Shown piece by piece: positions 26,546 to 34,018 of a stretch of 37,755 nt of DNA (positions are counted from its first letter, which is position 1; the number at the start of each line of letters is the position of its first letter). The notes under the pieces are model-generated. The model searched no databases, had not been told where the DNA came from, and was given only the letters and a program-made list of their open reading frames with translations. Both the position numbers and the translations under genes were made by a program. Source of the stretch: Chloroflexota bacterium (GTDB lineage: Bacteria; Chloroflexota; Limnocylindria; Limnocylindrales; CSP1-4); contig VBFZ01000038.1 in assembly GCA_005880805.1 (NCBI GenBank), positions 1 to 37,755 of the forward strand, written 5' to 3'.

Positions 26546-27649
26546 ATGAGTGCATACCGAGAGTTCACCGGCAAGAGCGTCGAGGAGGCCCTGCGCATCG
26601 CGCGGGAAGCTTTCGAGGCGGAGCTCGACGACCTGGACTTCGAGATCCTGACGCCGGGCAGCCGCGGCGTCCTGGGCATGGGCGCGGAACCCGCGCGGAT
26701 CGTGGCGGCTCCACGCTCGGCGCTGGGCGGTGCGGCCCCGAAGCGCGAGGCTGCCGCGTCCGTTCCACTGCCGCCTCCGCCGCCTCGCGAAGAAAGGCCC
26801 CGTTATGGCGATCGGGAGCGCAGCGGCTCCGGCGATCGCGACCGCCCCAGGTATGGCGACCGGGGGCGGGACCGCGGGCCGCGCCGCGACGATCGGTCGT
26901 ATGGCGGGGACGCAGGCCGCGGGCAGGGCTACGAGGGCCGCCGCGAGTATCCGGCTGGAGCGGCGACCAGAGCGCCGGGGGACCGCGGCCCTGAAGGGGC
27001 GGGGCAGCCGCCTCCTGAGGTTCGGCCGGATCGGGGCCCGGGCCGGGGCGGCGACCGACGGCCGCGGCGGGATGAGCGTCCCCCCGGACAGTCGACGCTG
27101 TCGGCCAGCGAGGAGGCAGAGGTCACCGCGGCGCGCGGTTCGCTCGCAGCTGAGCGCGCCGATCTCGAAGCCGCCGAGGCGTCGCCAGAGGCCCTGGCGA
27201 CAGGCAAGGCGATCCTCGAGGAGCTCATGCGGCACCTCGGCTTCGACGTCCAGGTCGAAGTCGAGACGGGCGAGACGAGCCGACTGAACGTGGTCGGCGC
27301 GGGCGAGGAACGTGAGGCACTCGGCGCGCTGATCGGACGCAAGGGGGAGCGCCTCTCGGCACTGCAGCACCTCGTGAACCTCATGCTCTCGCGGCGAATG
27401 GGCGACTGGACCCGGGTGCTGGTCGACGTCGAGGATTACCGCGGCCGACGCGAGCGGCAGCTGCGCGACCTCGCCATGCGTGCCGCGGAACGGGTCGCCG
27501 AGACCGGAAAGATGCTCCAGCTGGAACCGATGCCCGCCCTCGAACGGCGCTGGATCCACATTGCGCTACGGGATCATGCGGCGGTGTCAACCCAGTCGAT
27601 TGGGGAGGAGCCCAATCGCCGAATCGTCGTATTGCCGCGGAACGCCTGA
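26546..27649 (+). CDS. jag: Jag/EloR/KhpB RNA-binding protein
   Basis: Jag_N (FTGKSVEEAL), KH (LIGRKGERLSALQHL), R3H (LEPMPALERRWIH). Confidence 0.95.
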   Translation: MSAYREFTGKSVEEALRIAREAFEAELDDLDFEILTPGSRGVLGMGAEPARIVAAPRSALGGAAPKREAAASVPLPPPPPREERPRYGDRERSGSGDRDRPRYGDRGRDRGPRRDDRSYGGDAGRGQGYEGRREYPAGAATRAPGDRGPEGAGQPPPEVRPDRGPGRGGDRRPRRDERPPGQSTLSASEEAEVTAARGSLAAERADLEAAEASPEALATGKAILEELMRHLGFDVQVEVETGETSRLNVVGAGEEREALGALIGRKGERLSALQHLVNLMLSRRMGDWTRVLVDVEDYRGRRERQLRDLAMRAAERVAETGKMLQLEPMPALERRWIHIALRDHAAVSTQSIGEEPNRRIVVLPRNA

Positions 27650-27781
27650 ACCGCCATCCTTCGCCGGCGTAACGCGAGCGCGTAACGGATTGCAGGTGCA
27701 ATGCGTCTCCTGCCCGCCTTCACGCGGATCGCAATCCGTATGCGCAGATTCAACGATGCTCGCTGGTAGGATGGCGCCCCC

Positions 27782-29614
27782 ATGACGACCACAACCGAGA
27801 CGATCGCCACTCCCGCCCTGCCCGCACGGCGACGCGTGCCGCGCGTGCGATCGGTGGTGGCCGCGTTCGTCGTCGGGGCGATCCTGGCGACCACGGCAGG
27901 CGCCGTGTCACTCGCCGCCTACAGCCAGATGCACGCCGGCAAGATCCTGCCCGGCGTGCACGTTGGCACCGTCGACGTATCGGGGCTGGACCGGGCCGTC
28001 GCAGCGGACCGTCTCAACGCCGCGTTCGCCTCATATGGGCAGGGCAAGCTCGTCCTGTCTGTCGGGACGACGTCCGAACAGATCGCCTATTCCGACATCG
28101 GTCGCGGGCCGGACGTCAACGCCATGCTCGACGCGGCGTTTGCCGTCGGTCGCGGTGGCTCGGCGGCCGACCAGACGGTGGCCATGCTCCGGACCCTGAC
28201 GAACGGCGAGGTCGTGGAGCCGCGCGTGACGTTCGATCGGGATCGGCTGAGCCAGAAGTTTGCGGTGATCGCCGCCAGGGTCGATCGTGACCCCGTCGAC
28301 GGTGAGGTCAGGACGGTTTCGGGCGGTTTCAACGTGACCCAGGCGGTCGAGGGCACGTACTTCGACTACCAGGCCGCGAGCGACCAGCTTGCTGCCCAGC
28401 TCAGCCAGACGAGTGCGCCCGCGGAGCTGCGCGTGAGCTTCGAGCCAACCGTGCTCCATCCGACGATCACCGCCGACGCGACGGCCGAAGCCCAGGCCGC
28501 CGCAGCCCGGATGACGAAGCCCATCCTCCTCGAGGCCGGCGATGAGCAGTGGACGCTGCCTGCGACCACCGTCCGGAGCTGGATCGATTTCGGCCTCGTC
28601 AATGGGACGTACGGCCCGCAGGTCGACGCCGCGGCGGTCAAGAAGGCGGTCGCCAAGCTCGCCGCCACGATCGACCGGTCGCCGGTGAACGCGAAGTTCC
28701 TGTTCGGAAAGAGCAATCGGGTGGTCGGCGTGACGCAGTCGTCGAACGGCCGGGCCCTCGACGTCGCCGCAACGACCGCCCGGATCGTGGCCGTGGTCAA
28801 TGCGCGAGGCAGCGCGGGCCTGTCGCCCACGGAAAGTGTCGTGCCAGCGCTCGTCACGAAGGTCCCGCGACTGACCACCGAGGTCGCAAGAAAGAGCGCG
28901 CCGCTCATGCGCCCCCTCGCTTCATGGACGACCTACTACGAGGTCGGCTCCCACAACGGGTTCAGCGCCAACATCACGGTCCCTTCGATGTACATCAACG
29001 GAACCGTCGTGGCGCCGGGCGAGTGGTTCAGCTATCTCCAGGCGATCGGCCCGATCACGACGGCGCGCGGGTTCAAGTTCGGTGGCGCGATCATCAACGG
29101 CCGCTCCGTCGAGGGCACGACGCTCGGCGGCGGGATGTGCTCCTCGTCGACGACGCTGTTCAACGCCGTCGCTCGCTCAGGCTTCCAGATCGGGGCGCGC
29201 CGCAACCACTACTACTACATCGCGCGGTACCCGCTCGGCCTCGACGCCACGGTGTTCATCGACGGCGGCTACGCGCAGGACATGACCTGGCGGAACGACA
29301 CGCAGTACCCGGTGCTCATTCGAGCGATCGCCCGGCCCGGCATGATCCGCTTCACGCTCTACAGCGTGCCAACCGGCCGGACCGTGTCGCTGACCCGGCC
29401 GACGGTCAAGAACTACATCGGCGGCTACACCGTCACGCGGGACTCGACGAGCATTCCCGCGGGTACCTACAAGCAGGTCGAGTACGCGGCCAACGGCCAG
29501 GACGTGTGGGTCACGCGCACAGTCCGCGACCGCAGCGGCAGGGTCATCCACCAGGAGACGTACTACTCGCATTACACGCGGATGATCGGGATCATCCTCC
29601 ACGGGGTGGCTTAG
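27782..29614 (+). CDS. VanW-family protein with putative peptidoglycan-binding (PG_binding_4-like) repeats and G5-like C-terminus
   Basis: N-terminal TM, GVHVGTVDVSGL, VAPGEWFSY, GGGMCSSSTTLFNAV, RRNH, GLDATV, DMTWRNDT, VWVTRTV. Confidence 0.88.
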   Translation: MTTTTETIATPALPARRRVPRVRSVVAAFVVGAILATTAGAVSLAAYSQMHAGKILPGVHVGTVDVSGLDRAVAADRLNAAFASYGQGKLVLSVGTTSEQIAYSDIGRGPDVNAMLDAAFAVGRGGSAADQTVAMLRTLTNGEVVEPRVTFDRDRLSQKFAVIAARVDRDPVDGEVRTVSGGFNVTQAVEGTYFDYQAASDQLAAQLSQTSAPAELRVSFEPTVLHPTITADATAEAQAAAARMTKPILLEAGDEQWTLPATTVRSWIDFGLVNGTYGPQVDAAAVKKAVAKLAATIDRSPVNAKFLFGKSNRVVGVTQSSNGRALDVAATTARIVAVVNARGSAGLSPTESVVPALVTKVPRLTTEVARKSAPLMRPLASWTTYYEVGSHNGFSANITVPSMYINGTVVAPGEWFSYLQAIGPITTARGFKFGGAIINGRSVEGTTLGGGMCSSSTTLFNAVARSGFQIGARRNHYYYIARYPLGLDATVFIDGGYAQDMTWRNDTQYPVLIRAIARPGMIRFTLYSVPTGRTVSLTRPTVKNYIGGYTVTRDSTSIPAGTYKQVEYAANGQDVWVTRTVRDRSGRVIHQETYYSHYTRMIGIILHGVA

Positions 29615-30326
29615 CAGCACCACGAGGCCCTCGCTGCGGGCTCCCCGGCCCGCTCGCGAGCAACGGAACGAGGTCATCCAGACGCTCGACGACGAGCTGA
29701 GCGCCTGCGCCGGTCAGAGCCTGAACGTCGACCGCCGAGCCAGCGGTCACGCCGACCGCGATCATGCCGGCCGCCACGGCCGACACCATGTCCCACGTCG
29801 AGTCGCCGACGTACCAGCAGCGGGCCGGGTCGACCTCCAATTCCCTGGCCGCGAGCAGCAGGAGGTCCGGCTCGGGCTTCGCGTGCTCGACGTGGCTGCC
29901 GTCGATGATGGCCGGCTCGCGAGACAGCTCGAGCGCATTCACTGATCGAGCGACCTGCTCGCGCCTGCTGGAGGTCGCGATGCCCCACCGGCTGCCCTGC
30001 TCGTCGAGCGCCGAGACGAGCGCCCTGACGCCCGGCAGCGGCTGTGGTTCGGTGTTCAGTCGCTCGAAGACCTCCCCGCACGCCTTGTCGATCTCCTCGG
30101 CGCGTCGGTCGTCGATGGGTCGACCCGCAGCGGCGGCGACCTCGCGCGCCAGCCGTTTGCCGTCGACGCCGATCAGGGGTGCGAGTTGCTCGCGGGTCGT
30201 CGCGAATCCCTCATCGCCCAGGGCTTGCCGCCAGGCCTCGATTCGGATCTCGACCGTATCGACGAGCGTCCCGTCGAGATCGAACACGACGGCCGACGGA
30301 CGCGGCAGTTCCTGGAGCGCGGGCAC
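29592..30326 (-). CDS. HAD family hydrolase (phosphoglycolate phosphatase / beta-PGM-like)
   Basis: VVFDLDGTLVD, WGIATSS, KPEPD, YVGDSTWD. The track ORF is over-extended; a GTG start at 30326 is preferred. Confidence 0.9.
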   Translation of the reverse strand: MPALQELPRPSAVVFDLDGTLVDTVEIRIEAWRQALGDEGFATTREQLAPLIGVDGKRLAREVAAAAGRPIDDRRAEEIDKACGEVFERLNTEPQPLPGVRALVSALDEQGSRWGIATSSRREQVARSVNALELSREPAIIDGSHVEHAKPEPDLLLLAARELEVDPARCWYVGDSTWDMVSAVAAGMIAVGVTAGSAVDVQALTGAGAQLVVERLDDLVPLLASGPGSPQRGPRGAAKPPRGG

Positions 30327-30359
30327 GGAGCAACGATACGCGGCGGCGTGTAACCGAAG

Positions 30360-30390
30360 GCATGAGTTGACCCGCCAAGACAACTCATGC
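30360..30390. repeat. Perfect 10-bp inverted repeat GCATGAGTTG-N11-CAACTCATGC (left repeat site)
   Basis: Read directly at 30360-30369 and 30381-30390. Confidence 0.9.
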
Positions 30391-30616
30391 TCCCGGGCCC
30401 CAGCGATAACTCTTGGCTCTGGGCCTAACAACCAACTTCGCCGAACAAGACAACACAGCAACCGAGGCCTCGAGGAGCGCCTCGACAGCCGCTCCTCGTC
30501 GTGATGTACCGGCTTCACCGGCACGGCGAGGGGATCGAACTGAAGACGTCGATCCACGAGCACTGACCCCGTCCTGCCGAACGCAGGTCGGGTCGGGCCC
30601 TTTCTAGGGAGGTCAT

Positions 30617-31654
30617 TCAGCTCTGATGTCTGGGAGAAGGCACTACCTCGAGGAGCTCTGCTCGGACCTCGTCTGTAGATGCTCGCCGCAGCTCAATGAG
30701 CGCAGTCAGGCCGAGCGGCTCGCGTGCGTCGCCAGCTGCTCGCGTTCCCCATAACTGGACCTTCGCGCGCCATGTCGGCACCGACCCATCCGCGGGTTTT
30801 GGCGGCTCCGCCGGGGGATATACGCCACTTCCCGGCGTCATGGCGAGAACGAGACCTTTGGTCGCTAGGGTCGCGTCCAAGCGCTCATCCCGGAGCTCGC
30901 CGCCAATCAGCGCCCGAACAATCCGGCGGATCGCTTGATAGGCCTCGGGGCCCGATGTTTGTCCGGGCCAACCCGGGTCCATGAACCACTCGGGCGGTGC
31001 CGGACGCAGGGGAGCCGCCAGCGCCTCATCGAGGTCTCCCAGGGCATGGACTGCGGCACGACGAACGCCTTCGTCGCGGTCGTTCTTGGCGACAGAGTAG
31101 ATGAAGGACGTGATGCCGCGCTTCAGCCTCCCGCGGGCTTGGGTCAGCAGCAGAAGGCTCCCCACCGCCTCTTCGCGGACTAGGGGCTCGGGGTCCTCGA
31201 GTGCTGTCGAGCGCAATACGCCAAGTGATTCGGCGTCACGCAGGATTCCCAGCTCCCTGGTTGCCCAGAGCCGGGTGCCACCGCCGGGATGGCCGACGAG
31301 CTCACGCATGATCGACTCAAGGACACCCGGCTGGTCCTTGGTCGCCCGTTCCGGACCGTGCCGGATCCCCTGCGTCATCTCCCACGGATCATCGAGCGGC
31401 GCCAAGTCGTAGAGCGGGGCGATGCCGTCGATTAGTCCACGCCGCCCGATTTCGTCCGCGAACGCGAACATCAGGCCGAGCCGATCCCAGAGCGCGGGAT
31501 CATCCCAAGCGCTGTCGATGATCTCCGCTTCACGAAAGGGCTCGGTCCCGCGGATGGCGCCGAGCAGGTCCTCGTCCTTCAGCGACGTCAGTCGGGCCGT
31601 ATGGATCGCTATGCGCGCGGCCGCTGTTTCACCGGTCCGGGGCTCGGACGCCAT
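30617..31654 (-). CDS. Hypothetical protein with HEAT/PBS-lyase-like repeats and an unassigned C-terminal domain
   Basis: GGAGGAGGAG SD before ATG 31654. HEAT-like segments TRLWATRELG, EDPEPLVREEAVGSL, DRDEGVRRAAVHALG. Confidence 0.75.
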   Translation of the reverse strand: MASEPRTGETAAARIAIHTARLTSLKDEDLLGAIRGTEPFREAEIIDSAWDDPALWDRLGLMFAFADEIGRRGLIDGIAPLYDLAPLDDPWEMTQGIRHGPERATKDQPGVLESIMRELVGHPGGGTRLWATRELGILRDAESLGVLRSTALEDPEPLVREEAVGSLLLLTQARGRLKRGITSFIYSVAKNDRDEGVRRAAVHALGDLDEALAAPLRPAPPEWFMDPGWPGQTSGPEAYQAIRRIVRALIGGELRDERLDATLATKGLVLAMTPGSGVYPPAEPPKPADGSVPTWRAKVQLWGTRAAGDAREPLGLTALIELRRASTDEVRAELLEVVPSPRHQS

Positions 31655-31722
31655 CGCTCCTCCTCCTGCGTCGACAGTGGGCCAGCACGGAAGGACGGTC
31701 AAGCTGCCTCCGCGGACCAACC

Positions 31723-32013
31723 ATGCGCGGCCCCGGCAGGGCGTCCCCGCAGGAAGTCCCGAGCCAGACTTGGAACCCGTGGGACTACGCGGACGGCCAG
31801 ACGTATGTGGCCGGGATGTTCGTCGACTCCATCAAATTGCGCGCGTCGGCCTTCGAATGTCCCGTCTGTCGGCTCGTCCTACAAGATGCGACGCTCGAGC
31901 AAGCCGATCTCAACACCGTGATCTTCCGACAACCAGCGTTCGACGGCCAGCTCGCCTATAGCCAGTTTCGCCGCGTCGAGGCGGAGGATCAGCTGGGCGA
32001 CTGGGATCGGTAG
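31723..32013 (+). pseudogene. Probable C-terminal gene remnant with a CxxC (FECPVCRLVL) zinc-ribbon half
   Basis: 96-aa ORF with one CPVC pair, no SD, start abutting the divergent HEAT gene leader. It could also be a small intact gene or spurious. Confidence 0.35.
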
Positions 32014-32034
32014 GCCCCAGGACCAGCCTTCGGT

Positions 32035-32074
32035 CAACACATGCCCTCGCCCGAAGACAACTCATGCGTTCGGG
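32035..32074 (+). repeat. Right repeat site: CAACACATGC and AAGACAACTCATGC
   Basis: AAGACAACTCATGC at 32054-32067 is identical to 30377-30390. A variant CAACACATGC is at 32035-32044. Confidence 0.85.
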
Positions 32075-32108
32075 GACACGGCGCCCGGGCCGCGGGCAGG
32101 GTGGAAAG

Positions 32109-32482
32109 TGGTGGAGATGGGGGAGAGTCGAACTCCCCGTCCAGAGCCCTTCACCAGGGACCACTACGAGCGTGTCCGATGATTTGTCGTCGACCGGCTG
32201 GTCGGCCATCGGCAGCCTGCCATCCGGTCCAGTCACGTGCCCCTAGATCGGGCTTTGCTCCGGACTACGCGACGCTGATCCTGAGCGCATCCCCGCTGAA
32301 TGACGCTTCCACGACCCGCGGGGATGAGGTCGCTTCCACGCTCACCTTACGGCCTAAGCCGCGAGGGCGAGAGCAGTCTGGCGGTTGCCAGTTACTTCGT
32401 TTTGCCGCCTGTTTTACGAGGCCTGACGGCACCTCGGCTCGCGTTCCCTGACAACTGGACCCTGTCGAGACCACGCATCCCC
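32109..32482 (-). ncRNA. ssrA: tmRNA (transfer-messenger RNA)
   Basis: 5' GGGGAUG pairs with 3' CAUCUCC-ACCA. T-arm GGGGAGUUCGACUCUCCCC. 5' UCGAC motif. Tag frame 32389-32354 encodes GNRQTALALAA*. 374 nt, near smpB. Confidence 0.97.
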
Positions 32483-32489
32483 ACAGAGT

Positions 32490-32503
32490 CGAACGCCTGT
32501 TCG
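32490..32503. promoter_or_regulatory. Putative LexA (Gram-positive-type SOS) box CGAAC-GCCT-GTTCG
   Basis: Perfect CGAAC-N4-GTTCG between the divergent ssrA and mmcQ/yjbR genes, just downstream of the ssrA -10 TAGAAT (32521-32516). Confidence 0.6.
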
Positions 32504-32570
32504 GTGTTCTCTCACATTCTAGCCGAAGCAGCCCCGTCGGCCAAGGGCGCCCCTCTGCTACGGTCGCACC

Positions 32571-32942
32571 ATGACCCCCGAAAATCGAGTGCGGGACGCT
32601 GAGGCCGAGCTACGGGACTTCGCGCTGGGCTATCCGGAGGCGACCGAAGCCTTCCCGTGGGGTGAGCGCGTGATCAAGGTCAAGGGCAAGGTCTTCGTGT
32701 TCATGACACCACCGGGCAGCGAGACGATCGGAATCACGGTCAAGCTCCCCGTTTCGGCCGAGGACGTCCTCGCGCTCTCGTTCACGAAGCGGCCCGGCTA
32801 CGGCCTCGGCCAGCACGGCTGGGTGAACGCGGCCTTCGGGTCGGCCGAGGAAGTCCCCGTCGACCTCCTCAAAACGTGGATCGACGAGAGCTACAGGGCC
32901 GTTGCCCCGAAGCGGCTCGTCAAGGCGCTCGATGCGCGCTGA
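32571..32942 (+). CDS. MmcQ/YjbR family DNA-binding protein
   Basis: LGYPEATEAFPWG..VIKVKGKVF, PGYGLGQHGWV, WIDESYRAVAPKRL. Confidence 0.92.
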   Translation: MTPENRVRDAEAELRDFALGYPEATEAFPWGERVIKVKGKVFVFMTPPGSETIGITVKLPVSAEDVLALSFTKRPGYGLGQHGWVNAAFGSAEEVPVDLLKTWIDESYRAVAPKRLVKALDAR

Positions 32943-33995
32943 TCACCAGATGTCGCCGACCGTGAAACCGTCGGGATAGGGGTCCTCGGGGTCGACCACG
33001 TACGACGCGAAGCCGGTGATCCACGCCCGGCCGGTCAACGTGGGGACGACCGCCGGCCGGTCGCCCACCGTGGTTTCCTCGACGAGTCGGCCGGTGAACA
33101 CGGTCCCGAGGATGCCCTCGTGGCGGAAGTCTTCGTCGAGCGCCAGCTGACCGCGGGCGTGGAGGACCGCCATCCTTGCGCAGGTCCCGGTGCCGCACGG
33201 CGATCGATCGATCACTCCCGTCCAGGTCGAGGGCTTGTCCCAGTCGAGCTTCCCCGTCGAGACGGTGACAACGTTCCGGCCGTCGTTGGCCGGATCGTGC
33301 GGGGGCCCGGCGAGTTCCGCAATAGTGATCCCGCTGAAGCCCGGCTGCTCCGGGTGCGTGACCGGGAGCTGGTCCGCGGCCGCGGCCTTGATCATCTCGC
33401 TGACCCGCACGATGTCGCGCCCCTCATCCGGGGTCAGCCGGAAGCCGAGCGGCTCCGCGTCGGCGATGACGTAGAACATGCCCCCGTACGCGACGTCCAC
33501 CGTCAGGGTGCCGAGGGTCGGCACCTCGATGACGGCATCGAGGTGGGCCGCGAACGCAGGCACGTTGAGGAACGTCACCGCCCGCACCTTCCCGCCGGTG
33601 CACTCCGCACGCACCCGGATCAGGCCGGCGGGAGCCTCGAGCGTCAGCTCGGTGACCGGCTCAACCATCGGCAGCATGCCGGTTTCCAGGAGTGTCGTCA
33701 CGACACAGATCGTGTTCGTGCCGGACATGCCCGGGTACTCGACCTGCTCCATGATCACGAAGCCGGCGTCGGCCTCCGGGCGCGTTGGCGGCAGGATGAG
33801 GTTGCAGCAGGAGGCGGGATAGCCCCGCGGCTCGCGAAGCATCCGCAGGCGCAGGTCGTCCACGTTGGCCCGCAGCCAGGCCATCTTCTCGTACATGCTG
33901 TCGCCGGGGACGTCGAGCACACCGCCGACGATCACCCGCCCCGGCTCACCGGCCGCATGCAGGTCCACGGCCTGGATCATTCGCGACAGGCGCAT
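32943..33995 (-). CDS. Proline racemase / hydroxyproline epimerase-dehydratase superfamily protein
   Basis: VDLHAAGEPGRV, MLREPRG, MSGTN, DVAYGGMFY, DRSPCGTGT. Confidence 0.93.
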   Translation of the reverse strand: MRLSRMIQAVDLHAAGEPGRVIVGGVLDVPGDSMYEKMAWLRANVDDLRLRMLREPRGYPASCCNLILPPTRPEADAGFVIMEQVEYPGMSGTNTICVVTTLLETGMLPMVEPVTELTLEAPAGLIRVRAECTGGKVRAVTFLNVPAFAAHLDAVIEVPTLGTLTVDVAYGGMFYVIADAEPLGFRLTPDEGRDIVRVSEMIKAAAADQLPVTHPEQPGFSGITIAELAGPPHDPANDGRNVVTVSTGKLDWDKPSTWTGVIDRSPCGTGTCARMAVLHARGQLALDEDFRHEGILGTVFTGRLVEETTVGDRPAVVPTLTGRAWITGFASYVVDPEDPYPDGFTVGDIW

Positions 33996-34018
33996 TCCGG
34001 CGGCGTCCCTGGCGCGAG

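Noticed and set aside
27669-27686. GTAAC direct repeat as an OmpR/MtrA-type box
   Set aside because: The period is 13 bp rather than the usual ~11 bp, and the second copy is explained by the stem.
27650-27781. c-di-AMP (ydaO) or c-di-GMP riboswitch upstream of the cell-wall gene
   Set aside because: The conserved ydaO and GEMM sequence motifs are not visible.
30327-30563. 79-codon N-terminal extension of the HAD ORF
   Set aside because: The HAD motif I begins right after GTG 30326, which has a well-placed -10. The extension crosses repeat and hairpin DNA and has no recognisable features.
30360-32100. Canonical integron attC sites, or attL/attR duplication of the tmRNA 3' end
   Set aside because: No properly paired RYYYAAC...GTTRRRY with L boxes was found, there is no second copy of the ssrA 3' sequence, and there is no integrase in the window.
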